Below the pieces are notes generated by a model that was not told the origin of the DNA, did not search any database, and saw nothing but the letters and a program-made list of their open reading frames with translations. A program made the position numbers and the translations under genes. Shown in pieces: positions 54,824-64,000 of a stretch of 64,000 nt of DNA (the first letter of the stretch is position 1; each line of letters begins with the position of its first letter). This DNA comes from an uncultured Armatimonadetes bacterium (lineage in GTDB: Bacteria; Armatimonadota; UBA5829; DTJY01), in NCBI GenBank assembly GCA_963717145.1, contig OY970325.1:5088001-5152000 (forward strand), in the 5' to 3' direction.

Positions 54824-55390
54824 CTATTTCCGGTAGATGACTTCCGGCGGGTTCTTCTCGCGTTCCGGTGGCGGTCCGTCGGGATAACCGACAATGATCG
54901 GGGCAATAACAGTGTACTCCTCGGGGATGCCGAGTTCCTTCTTCGTTTCAGGCGCATTGAGGACCTCGGTTGCGAACCCGATCCAGCAGGTCCCGAGTCC
55001 CATGTCGGTCGCCGCGAGCATGACATTCTCGGCGGCGAGCGTACAGTCGATCTGGGCGATCGGGCTGATGGCCTTCGCGTAGATGACTACCAGAGTCGGA
55101 GCGTTGTAGAAGATGCTGTAGCCCGGATCTTCGAAGTACTCCCTGTATCGCTCGAGCCACGGCCACTCCACGATCTTACCAAGCAGGAACGTCTTGGTGC
55201 GGTCGGAATACTTCTTGAGCATAGAGCTGTCCTGGATCACGCCGAAGACCCAGGGCTGCGCGTTCATCGCACTCGGCGCCTGGACCGCCGCATGAAGCAG
55301 CCCGTCGATCGCCTCGCCTGACACAGACTCAGGCTTATACGCGCGGATCGACCTCCGCTTGCTGATCGCTTCCATCAGTTCCATGGTCAT
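54824..55390 (-). CDS. Nitroreductase-family flavoprotein
   Basis: AI.KRRSIRAY, APSAMNAQPW.F, LAA...GLGTCWIG, VGYP. Confidence 0.92.
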   Translation of the reverse strand: MTMELMEAISKRRSIRAYKPESVSGEAIDGLLHAAVQAPSAMNAQPWVFGVIQDSSMLKKYSDRTKTFLLGKIVEWPWLERYREYFEDPGYSIFYNAPTLVVIYAKAISPIAQIDCTLAAENVMLAATDMGLGTCWIGFATEVLNAPETKKELGIPEEYTVIAPIIVGYPDGPPPEREKNPPEVIYRK

Positions 55391-57524
55391 TCTCCTCCCC
55401 GGTCATTAGTTTCCGGATCACAACTATTACAGCGTCGTCGCGTAGTGCCCCCTCCGCGTAGGCTTGTGCATCGTCCAGGAGGCCCGTGGCAATCTGCTCG
55501 GTGGAAGCGCCTGCATTTCTGTCAAGGGAGTCCAGGATGCCTTCCGTGCCAAAGAGTCCCGGCTGACCAGCTATTCTCGATTCCGTTATCCCATCCGTTA
55601 CCAGCACGATCAGATCGCTCGGTTGGAGCTTCCGACGGCCTTCCTCGTATACTGCGGCGCGATACCCCATGAGCATAGGTCCGCCCTCGGTCAGCGTTTC
55701 GACACTTCCGTCTCCGTGCCTCAGCAACGGTTGCACGTGGCCTGCGTTGGTGTATATAAACTCGCCGGCTCGAGTGTCCAGCACGGCATAGAAGGCTGTC
55801 AGCAAGTCGCTGTCCGCCGCCGCACCTCTGAAGAGGGCGTTGTTGGTGAGCGTCATGACCCAGGATGGTCGCTCATCGAGGAAGGCGTAGCTTCTCATCG
55901 TATGCACTGCGGCAGCGACGCGTCCGGCGGCGCGCAGTCCCTTACCCACTACGTCCCCGATGACGACGCCGATCTTGTCGTCGCCCAGGTCGATCAGATC
56001 GTAGAAGTCGCCGCATACCTCCGCCTCCGACATGGCGGGCTGATACCTGGCGGCTATTTCGTATCCCGCCGGCTGCGTCGGCAGCGGGGGTGGAATCAAT
56101 GTCTGCTGCAGCACTTCGGCTATGTGAGCGTATCGCTCGGATGCGAGCACTAGAATGTCCTGCGCGGCCCGGCGGTCGGTGGAGTCTCGGAAATAGACCG
56201 ACAATCCGCCTTCGTAAGGATAAGCGCGCACCTCGTACCATCGATCGAATGGAGGATAGAAAGCTTCGAACTGGACGGCAATTCCCTCCCGCATGGCTCT
56301 CTCGTATTCGGTCTGGAAAGGCGTGCCGACTGCCGCAGGGAACTGGTCCCATATGACCGTGCCTACCAGTTCCTTCTGCGATTTCAGTAAAATGCGCGCC
56401 GCTTCGTTGTTCACATAGGTGAAATGCCAATCCCTATCCAGGGCAAAGAACGCATCCGAGATGCTCTCGAATATCCGCGTCACTTGCTCCCTGGTTTTCC
56501 CGAGCGCTTCCTCCGCCTGCCTGCGCTTGAGTTCGCCGGCCGCGCGTATCGCTACCAGTTGCAGGATTGATTCCGCAGGTGTAGGGTTTGCCAGGGGTTT
56601 GCGGCTGATCATGGCGATCAGGCCGATAGGTTGTCCCTTGGAGTCCCAGAGAGTGGTTCCGACGTAAGCTTCGGCCTTCATCTCCTGGAGCACTTCATCC
56701 TTGGGGAATAGATCGCGAACCCCCTTGGGAAAGGAGCAAACCGTCTTCCCAACGACATCACCACAAGGGGTGTCCTTCAGTGTGTATGCCACGTTGTCGA
56801 CGAACTTGCCGTCAGAATATACCGCCACCGTCTGGGCCGACAGGCGGTCTCCCGTCAGACGATCGATGCAGATAAAGTCCATCCCCAGGGTCTCGGCCAG
56901 GTAACGTGCCAGCGAATGGAAGAAATCGTCACCCGAGGCCGACCAGCCGGTCTGCAGCAGGAAGGTTCGGGCGTCATGGAGCTGTCTGCGTTCTGTGATA
57001 TCCGACAGCGCAATGCGGCACTCGTCTCCGGCCTTGCATTCCCCGGACTCTATCCGCGCGTAGAGCGGGCCATCTGCCTGCGTGAGGAGACCCACCTCGC
57101 AGGTCTCCTTTATACCACCCTGGAATGCCCTCTCGAGGAATGCGTTGAACTCGGGCCGATTCTCTGTGGAAACGAAAAGCCCGAAGCGCGCGCCGACCAG
57201 ACGAGATCGCTCCATCCCGAGGAGTCCCGCGCCGGTAAGGTTCACCTGACGGATGACGCCCTCGCGATCGAGGGTGAAGTAGCCAACCGGAGCGAAATCG
57301 TAGAGGTCCACATGTTGCTGCAGGCCGACCTCCACCTCCGCCCGCGCCCGCCGAAGCTCCTCGTTCTGCAGCTCCAACTCGATCTGGTGGACTTGCAGCT
57401 CGTGGACCAGACGTTGCGCGTCCTCCGCCGTCCGAGAGTTGGCGTCCGCTGCTTCATGCTCTTCCAGCCGTTCCTCAGCCCGGCGACGCAGTTCGGCAGA
57501 ATCCTCTGATGTATGCTTTGCCAC
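55335..57524 (-). CDS. Cytoplasmic PAS-GAF-PAS-PP2C/SpoIIE phosphatase
   Basis: HELQVHQIELELQNEELR coiled coil, APVGYFTLD PAS, GAF (TPC..V), PAS, CGDFYD, GDVVGKG, TDGITE, DD. Confidence 0.88.
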   Translation of the reverse strand: MAKHTSEDSAELRRRAEERLEEHEAADANSRTAEDAQRLVHELQVHQIELELQNEELRRARAEVEVGLQQHVDLYDFAPVGYFTLDREGVIRQVNLTGAGLLGMERSRLVGARFGLFVSTENRPEFNAFLERAFQGGIKETCEVGLLTQADGPLYARIESGECKAGDECRIALSDITERRQLHDARTFLLQTGWSASGDDFFHSLARYLAETLGMDFICIDRLTGDRLSAQTVAVYSDGKFVDNVAYTLKDTPCGDVVGKTVCSFPKGVRDLFPKDEVLQEMKAEAYVGTTLWDSKGQPIGLIAMISRKPLANPTPAESILQLVAIRAAGELKRRQAEEALGKTREQVTRIFESISDAFFALDRDWHFTYVNNEAARILLKSQKELVGTVIWDQFPAAVGTPFQTEYERAMREGIAVQFEAFYPPFDRWYEVRAYPYEGGLSVYFRDSTDRRAAQDILVLASERYAHIAEVLQQTLIPPPLPTQPAGYEIAARYQPAMSEAEVCGDFYDLIDLGDDKIGVVIGDVVGKGLRAAGRVAAAVHTMRSYAFLDERPSWVMTLTNNALFRGAAADSDLLTAFYAVLDTRAGEFIYTNAGHVQPLLRHGDGSVETLTEGGPMLMGYRAAVYEEGRRKLQPSDLIVLVTDGITESRIAGQPGLFGTEGILDSLDRNAGASTEQIATGLLDDAQAYAEGALRDDAVIVVIRKLMTGEENDHGTDGSDQQAEVDPRV

Positions 57525-57541
57525 TCAGCCTAACCTCCTCA

Positions 57542-60500
57542 TCAGACCTCCGCGCTGTTGAGTGCCACGCGGAGGCGCTCCTCGCTGTCTCGAAGCGCAT
57601 CCTCCAGTCGTTTCATCTCCTCGACGTCTGTGCTGGCCCCGTACCATTTCAGAATCTTGCCGTGCCCGCTTCGGACAGCCTCGACGCGGGTACTGAACCG
57701 GTGGTACTCGCCTTCTCTGTTCCGTATTCGGAAATCGCTGCAATAGTCCTCCCCGGTTTCCATCGCAGCCTTCCACTCCTTCGCCACCCGATCGCGATCG
57801 TCCGGGTGAATCTGCTGCAGCCATCCGTAGCCGAGTTGCTCCGCCTCCGGGATACCGGTGTAGTCGACCCACTGGCGGTTAAAGTGATCGCAGGATCCGT
57901 TGGGCAGGCAGGTCAGGACGAGTTGTGGCAAGGAGTCCGGGAGCTGGCGCAGTTCTGCCTCCAGCATTTTGGAACCCGTGATGTCCATGCAGGTGATCAC
58001 CACGCCGTCGATCCGGTTCTCCACGGTGCGGTAGGGCATGATCCGCACGGCAAACCATCTTCCGTCACGGGTGGCGACCTGTCTTTCCGTGAACACCAGC
58101 GTCCGCAGCACAGCCTGCACGTCATCCTGGAGTTCATTGTAGAGCAGGTCGGAAGTGACATCGGAGATGGGACGCCCCACGTCGCCGGGGATCAGCCTGA
58201 GTATCTTTGTCGCCTCCGAGGTAAACCGCCGCACTCGGAGCTGACCGTCAAGGAACACGGTGGCAATGTCCGTGCTGTTAAGCAGGTTCTTCATGTCGTC
58301 GCTCGCCCTGGAAAGCTCGTCCACCTTGGCCTGCAATTCGTTGTTGACCGTCTGAAGCTCCTCGTTCAGCGACTGCATCTCCTCCCTGGAGGTCGTCAGT
58401 TCTTCGTTGGTGGACTGGAGTTCCTCGTTGGCGGACTGCAGCTCCTCGTTCGTCGATCTGAGTTCTTCCTGAGAGGTCTGCATCTCTTCCCGGACGCCCT
58501 GTGTCTCCTCGCGGGCATACTGCAGTTCCTGCTCGATCTGCGCCAGCCTGGGAGTGACCGCGAGTGCCCCGTCTGGAGATGCCCGTCGGTGTCGTTTCGG
58601 CGGATGGCTGTACATCAGTGAAGACGATCATCACCATGCCCCGCAGCGCCTCCGGCTCCTCGATGACCTGGACTGCGAGATCAACCGTCTGGGTGCCGCC
58701 GTTGATGCCGAACGTCAGATTCCGGACGTCCAGCCTCTCTTTCTGCCGGAGGGCCTTCTGGAATGCGCCGATCAGTTCGTAGCGAAGCCCTTCGCGGGCC
58801 ATGACGAAGATGTTCCAGTTGGCTTTTCCGGCCGCCGGCTCCAGATACTTTCCCGTCCGCCCGCTGATGTAGAGAACGTCGCCCTTGTTGTTGACCAGAA
58901 CGGCGGCAGGTGAATACTTCTGCAGGAGCAGTTGGTCTGCCAGCGACTGCATGTTGACCCCGGAGGCGGCCGTCTCCTGCAGGCGTTCTGTGGCCTTCGA
59001 AGCCGGGACAACGGTGCGTGGAAACTCAATAGGATCCAACGGCTGGTCGGACGCGATCCGCTTGTACAGCCTTGACTTGCCATCCAGTGGCGCAAAAAGG
59101 TTTGTGAACTCGCCAACAGTCTCTGCGCTGCCCAGGAGCAGAATCCCATCGGTCTTCAGGCTGTAGTGCAACAGCCGCACGACCACTTTCTGCAATTCCT
59201 GCTCCATGTAGATCAGCAGGTTCCGGCAGGTGACGATGTCCAGCTTGGTAAAGGGCGGGTCCTTGATCACGTTCTGCGGCGCGAAGATCACCATCTCGCG
59301 AATCTCTTTGTTGACGCGGTAGTTGCCATGCTCCTCAGTGAAGAACCGGCTCAGACGCTCGGGCGACACGTCGGCGGCGATGTTCGCCGGATAGACGCCC
59401 TGCCTGGCGCGGTCGATGGCGTCACGGTCCAGGTCGGTCGCAAATACCTGAAGCGTGAACCGCCCCTCCGGCTTCACTTGCTCCAACGCTTCCTTGAACA
59501 CGATCGCCAGGGAGTACGCCTCCTCCCCTGTCGAGCAGCCGACCACCCATGCGCGAAGCTCCCGGCCTGGCTGGCCGTCGGTCAGGAGGGCGGGGATGGC
59601 CTTATCTCTCAACCGATCCCACTCCTCCGGATCGCGGAAAAAGCTGGTCACGCCGATCAGAAGCTCCTTGAAGAGGAGGTCCAGCTCGCCGGAATTCTCC
59701 TGCAGATACCGCACGTAGTCGCCGATCTTGCCAAGCTGGTGGACGCCCATGCGCCGCTCGATCCGGCGGTACAGGGTGCTCTTCTTGTACTGGAAGAAGT
59801 CGTGACCCGTGTGCGACCGCAGGAGGGTGATGACCTTCTCCAGCCCGCTCCCGGCCTTGTCATCCGTGGCCGACTCGGGCGTGGCGGCCGGGGGCACGTG
59901 TCGCAGAGAGGCGATGAGCTTGCCGGGAAGCTTTTCCGCCGGGGCTACGATGTCGCCCAGCCCGGCGTCGATGGCGCTTCGGGGCATTCCGTCGAATCCG
60001 GCCGAGGCCGGATCCTGCACCAGCGCCAACCCCGCCTTTTCCTTGATGGCTCCAAGTCCCAGCGTGCCGTCGGACCCCATGCCGGAGAGAATGACGCCGA
60101 CTGAATGACCCTGGAAGTCCTCCGCCAGGGAGCGGAAGAACGAATCGATGGGGAGGCGCAGACCTCGGGGCGCCACGGGATCCATCAGGTGGAGAACTCC
60201 GTGCAGGATGGTCATGTCCTTGTTGGACGGGATCACGTAGACGCAGTTCGGCTCGACCTTCTGTCGTTCTTTGACTTGGACGACTTTCATGGCCGTTGCG
60301 CGCTGGAGAAGCTCGGGCATGATACCTTTGTGTGTCGGGTCGAGGTGCTGCACGATGACAAAGGCCATTCCGCTGCCATCCGGCACGTTCTTCAGGAACT
60401 GCTCCAACGCTTCCAGCCCCCCGGCGGAAGCGCCGATGCCGACTACGGGGAAGTGAGCGTCACTCTTGTGTCGCGGGCTTGTTCGATCAGATGACGGGTT

Positions 60501-60563
60501 CTCGCCTGGTGCTTCGGCGGCTTCTGTGGCTGCGTCTTGATCCCTGCGGGCCTTTCGCGTCAT
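57542..60563 (-). CDS. CheB/CheR fusion protein with coiled coil and PAS domains (frameshift ~58560-58600)
   Basis: VGIGASAGG, VQHLDP, ILSGMGSDG (CheB); GVTSFFRD, GCSTGEEAYS, CRNLLIY (CheR); EELQS.NEEL repeats and two PAS domains. Confidence 0.92.
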
Positions 60564-60702
60564 CTGATCTCTCCTCGGCTCTACAGATCACTGTCAGGAT
60601 TACGAAGAAATGGTGAAGACAGTATACCACCTTTCCTGATACCCGTCGAGCCTGCTAATCTACACCTGTATACACAGGGCAAAAGCAATATGCCAAAAAA
60701 AC

Positions 60703-61680
60703 TCAGTCGCCGCCCTCCTGGTTCCTCATCGACTGCCGCGCCACGAGCCGGGTCCGGTAGTAATCGAGGATCACCGCCAGCACGATCACGACGCCGGTGA
60801 TCATCCGCTTCGTAGCCTCCTCGGTCCCCATCTGCGCCAGTCCGCTTCCGAGGATTGCGATGATCACAACTCCGAAGAACGAGTTCACCACCGATCCTCG
60901 TCCGCCCATGAGGCTCGTGCCTCCTATGACGACTGCCGCGATCGCCTCCAGTTCGAACCCGCTGCCGGCGTTCGGGTTTGCCGAGGCAAACCGCGCCGTG
61001 ATGACGATCGCCGCGAGCGCACAGAGCAGGCCCGAGAGGACGTAGACCGCGATCTTCACCCCAGATGTCCTGATCCCCGAGAGGTAAGCGGTCTGCTCGT
61101 TCGATCCGAGCGCGACGAGATGCCGTCCGAATGCGCTCTTGTTGAGCAGTATGTGGCCCGCTGCCACCGCGACGATCGCCACGATGAAGAGCGATGACAC
61201 GTGGCCGACTCCTGCTGATGACATTCCGCCGATCTTCGAGCCGAGGTAGACCGTTCGGGAGTCGGTGAGTAGGTACGTCGCTCCTCTCGCAGCCTCGAGC
61301 ATCCCGAGCGTGACGATGAACGGCGGGAGTGACCATCGGACGATGACCAGCCCGTTGATCAGCCCGCAGAGCGACCCGGCGGCCAGGCACGCGGGGATCG
61401 AGATCACCAGGGGCAGGCCGAACCTGTCGAGGAGCAATCCGAGCAGCGCGCCGGACAGCCCGACGATCGACCCGACCGAGAGATCGATCCCCGCGGTGAT
61501 GAGCACGAGCGTCATTCCGACCGCGATCAATATCGCCGCCGGGATCTGGTTCGCGATCGCGAGGAAGTTGGTCGTCGTCAGGAAGTTCTCGCACTTGATG
61601 CCGAAGAAGGCGATCAGCACGACGAGAACCGCGCCCATGCCGAGAACGTCCGTCAGCCACTTCGTGTTGTGCCGGTCCAT
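60703..61680 (-). CDS. Ribose/monosaccharide-type ABC permease (RbsC-like)
   Basis: GMT.VLITAGIDLSVGS, PPFIVTLG, G.N...A.LSGI, ELEAIAAVVIGGTSL.GG.GS. Confidence 0.92.
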   Translation of the reverse strand: MDRHNTKWLTDVLGMGAVLVVLIAFFGIKCENFLTTTNFLAIANQIPAAILIAVGMTLVLITAGIDLSVGSIVGLSGALLGLLLDRFGLPLVISIPACLAAGSLCGLINGLVIVRWSLPPFIVTLGMLEAARGATYLLTDSRTVYLGSKIGGMSSAGVGHVSSLFIVAIVAVAAGHILLNKSAFGRHLVALGSNEQTAYLSGIRTSGVKIAVYVLSGLLCALAAIVITARFASANPNAGSGFELEAIAAVVIGGTSLMGGRGSVVNSFFGVVIIAILGSGLAQMGTEEATKRMITGVVIVLAVILDYYRTRLVARQSMRNQEGGD

Positions 61681-61703
61681 CTTGCGCAATTGAAACCTCT
61701 CAG

Positions 61704-61801
61704 GGGAGTATGGGAGTATGGGAGTATGGGAGTGTGGGGGTATGGGAGTGTGAAGGTGTGGGAGTGATTCCGGACTCCCATACTCCCATACTCCCACACT
61801 C
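61704..61801. repeat. Octamer microsatellite (GGGAGTRT) with an inverted half
   Basis: About 8 direct units at 61704-61767 and about 3 inverted units at 61774-61801; a related tract lies at 9574-9594. Confidence 0.8.
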
Positions 61802-61806
61802 TGCCC

Positions 61807-62757
61807 CTACTCCAACGACTTCGCGGTGACCAGATCGACGGGAGTCTCCTTATCGGCGGGAGCCGCCTTCTTGCCGATCATCTCCAGCGCGTACTCGATG
61901 CCGTAGACCGCAAGCTGGTCCGCATGCTGGTCGGCAGTGGCGAGGATCTTCCCCTCCTTGAGCAACTGCTGGGCCGCGCTGATGTTGTCATAGCCGACGA
62001 CCACGATCTTGCCCGACTTGCCGGACTCCTCGACCGCCTTGACCGCCCCAATCGCCATGCTGTCGTTCGCGCAGAGGAGCGCCTTGATGTCGGGATTGGC
62101 GGTGATGATGTCGCGGGCGATGCGGTTTGCCTTGTCCGTCTCCCAGTAGCCGCTCTGGGATGCCACGATATTGATCTTGGCGGCCTTCATCGCGTCCTCG
62201 AAGCCAAGCCGTCGCTGCTCGCCGTTGAACGCGTTCGGCGCGCCCTCCAGGACCGCCACTTTGTCGCCCGCCTTGAGGGTCTTCGCCAGTTCATCGCCGA
62301 CGAGCTTCGCGCCCTTCCGGTTGTCCGGGCCGACGAACGGCACGGTCAGGCCGGCTTCCTTGAGCGCGTCCGAGTCGAACTTGTTGTCAATGTTGATGAC
62401 GATGATCCCCACGCCGGACGCCTTCTTGCAGACGGCCACGAGCGCCTTCGAGTCGGCCGGCGCGATAATGATGGCATCGACTCCCTGCGCGATCATCTGC
62501 TCCACGAGTTCGACCTGCTTGTTGACGTCGAGTTCGTCCTTGATGCCGTTGACGATCAGGTCAAACTCCGAGGCACGTTCCTTCTGATAGTCCTCGGCCC
62601 CATCCGCCATCGTCTTGAAGAACTCGTTGGCGAGCGATTTCATGACCAGCGCGATCTTGGGCTTCTCCGCGGAAGTCGGTTGGCTCGACTGCTTCGAGCA
62701 TCCCGAGACAAGTCCCAGCGCCAAGGTGATGATCAGGCAATACTTGAGTATCCGCAT
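61807..62757 (-). CDS. Monosaccharide ABC substrate-binding lipoprotein (RbsB-like)
   Basis: Lipobox VSG-C, KSLANEFF, APADS, GPDN..G, CANDSMAIGA, VVGYD. Confidence 0.92.
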   Translation of the reverse strand: MRILKYCLIITLALGLVSGCSKQSSQPTSAEKPKIALVMKSLANEFFKTMADGAEDYQKERASEFDLIVNGIKDELDVNKQVELVEQMIAQGVDAIIIAPADSKALVAVCKKASGVGIIVINIDNKFDSDALKEAGLTVPFVGPDNRKGAKLVGDELAKTLKAGDKVAVLEGAPNAFNGEQRRLGFEDAMKAAKINIVASQSGYWETDKANRIARDIITANPDIKALLCANDSMAIGAVKAVEESGKSGKIVVVGYDNISAAQQLLKEGKILATADQHADQLAVYGIEYALEMIGKKAAPADKETPVDLVTAKSLE

Positions 62758-62817
62758 GCGATCTCCTCCATTTGTCATACACGATGATTGCATTGTAGCC
62801 AGTTGTTTCCGTCAGAA

Positions 62818-62938
62818 ACCACCGTCAGTCCTGAGTTCGCCGGTGAATGACGGCGTGTAACGAAGGACGGCCTTACTGCACCGAGCCGTCCTTCGTTACA
62901 CGCCGTCATTCACCGGCGAACTCAGGACTGACGGTGGT
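62818..62938. repeat. Long perfect palindrome (54-bp arms), inverted copy of 11278-11394
   Basis: Loop CTTACTGCACCGA is the reverse complement of the first copy's loop with one mismatch. Confidence 0.92.
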
Positions 62939-62970
62939 GGTTTTCAGAATGACAGTCCCATTACCTAGTT

Positions 62971-64000
62971 CTACTTCGGCGCGGGAATCCATTCCCTGAG
63001 GCACGCCGGCGTGATCTTGATTGTCTGCCGCTTCCCATTCCGCTCCAGGACGATCGTGCCTGTCACCGCCCGGATCGGCACGCCCCCGGCCTTCGGAGCG
63101 TAGCTCATCAGGCTGCGATCGAGTGGGTCGCGAACCGTGCAGTTGTCGAACACCACCCCGCCGATCGGCTCGACCGCGTCGTCACGGCTCTGGAACACGA
63201 TCGGAGTCGTCTCCGGCCTCGACAGCGCCGAATCGAGGATCGAGCAGCCTGTGAAGCGGACCTCGAAGCGCCCGAGCGGAATGTTCGAGAGAGTGATGCC
63301 TGCCTTACCCGATCTCTCGAACACGCAATCCACGTACTCGATCCGGCCTCCCACCGCCTTCTCCGGCGCATTCCCGGTGATCACCCGCGTGCCACTCGCG
63401 TTGTCACCGATCGACCTGCAGTTCTCGAACCGCACCGACACCGGCGCTGACGTGGCATCCATCAGCGCCAGGAAGAACAGATATCCGTCGCCCTGGTTGC
63501 CTTCGGTCGTGCAGTTGCGCATCACGACGTTCACCAGCCTCTCGTCGGGGCGGTTCGGCTCGAAGTCGATGCCCGCCTGAGGATTGGTGCCGCCGGTCTC
63601 GCGCATGACGGTGTTCTCGATCAGCAGGTTCTCGGCGGTGATCACGCTGATCCCCTGGCGGTAGTGCCGCTCGCAGGTCACATCCCTGATGTGGATGTCC
63701 TTGTTCGTGACGCCTCTGGTCGCTGTCCCGAGGTAGATGCCGTCGCCCCCGCTGTCAGTGAGCGTCAGGCCGTAGACCTTGACGTTCGAGCAGCTCTTGA
63801 GGCTCAGAGTGTGTCGCCACTCGGCATCCTCATAGGGTGGGGCGGCATAGTCGGAGCGCCACATGCGGAGGGTCGCGCCATAGCCGTTGAGCGTGATGTT
63901 CTGCTTGTCGTCGGCGCGGAAGAGGGCGTCGTTCGTCCCTTTGAACTCGCCTCGTTTGGCGACGACCTCGACTCCCTTGCGAAAGACGATCTCCTGGTTG
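62971..64000 (-). CDS. Right-handed parallel beta-helix (pectate-lyase-like) protein; 5' end outside the window
   Basis: EWRH.L.L..C.NV.V.GLT..DSGGDGIY, YRQGISVI, AGIDFEPN. Confidence 0.8.
   Translation of the reverse strand, partial: NQEIVFRKGVEVVAKRGEFKGTNDALFRADDKQNITLNGYGATLRMWRSDYAAPPYEDAEWRHTLSLKSCSNVKVYGLTLTDSGGDGIYLGTATRGVTNKDIHIRDVTCERHYRQGISVITAENLLIENTVMRETGGTNPQAGIDFEPNRPDERLVNVVMRNCTTEGNQGDGYLFFLALMDATSAPVSVRFENCRSIGDNASGTRVITGNAPEKAVGGRIEYVDCVFERSGKAGITLSNIPLGRFEVRFTGCSILDSALSRPETTPIVFQSRDDAVEPIGGVVFDNCTVRDPLDRSLMSYAPKAGGVPIRAVTGTIVLERNGKRQTIKITPACLREWIPAPK

Noticed and set aside
55335-55390. 56-bp overlap between the PP2C and nitroreductase genes as a functional feature
   Set aside because: The PP2C domain is complete before the overlap and out-of-frame stops lie at ~55403-55408, so this is probably another indel or trivial read-through.
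600-58600. Widespread pseudogenisation or programmed frameshifting
   Set aside because: At least 11 unrelated genes have isolated single-base shifts with intact motifs, no in-frame stops seen and no shared slippery site, which is typical of uncorrected long-read indels. Short-read polishing would settle it.
61681-61797. N-terminal extension of the ABC permease (PHLHTPIPPHSHTP)
   Set aside because: It is simply the translation of the octamer microsatellite.
1-64000. Prophage, IS element, or RAYT transposase explaining the REP families
   Set aside because: No integrase, transposase, HUH nuclease or phage structural ORF was recognised; any mobiliser must lie elsewhere.

Overview
A GC-rich bacterial chromosomal segment from a diderm organism; Armatimonadota is plausible but is only an inference from protein architectures. 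I saw no rRNA, tRNA, CRISPR array, integrase or transposase. From left to right it holds: the 3' part of an alternative complex III (ACIII)-like operon with permuted order (actB-C-D-F-A-E); a GH116-like glycosidase, a TPR protein, an SSS symporter and a uronate-isomerase-like amidohydrolase; a metal-type RND efflux operon; a sulfur amino-acid locus (metY, YHS protein, Rrf2 regulator, cysK); a second RND/MarR/TolC operon; and two paralogous large secreted GHL10/DUF187 proteins. The right half adds two sulfatases, a PqaA-like hydrolase, a PIN module, a DUF2961 glycosidase, a dense partner-switching signalling set (two PP2C sensor phosphatases, plus a third at 24.7-26.7 kb, a sensor-fused RsbW/RsbT-like kinase with a STAS protein, and a CheB/CheR fusion) and a ribose-type ABC binding protein/permease pair. 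At least 11 conserved genes are broken by single-base frameshifts, most simply explained as long-read assembly indels, so frameshift positions are approximate. Intergenic DNA is rich in several REP-like palindrome families. The best novel candidate is an unannotated 39-codon Met-rich leader ORF ([23 protein letters not shown]...) with its own strong SD that overlaps the metY start, suggesting methionine-sensing translational control.
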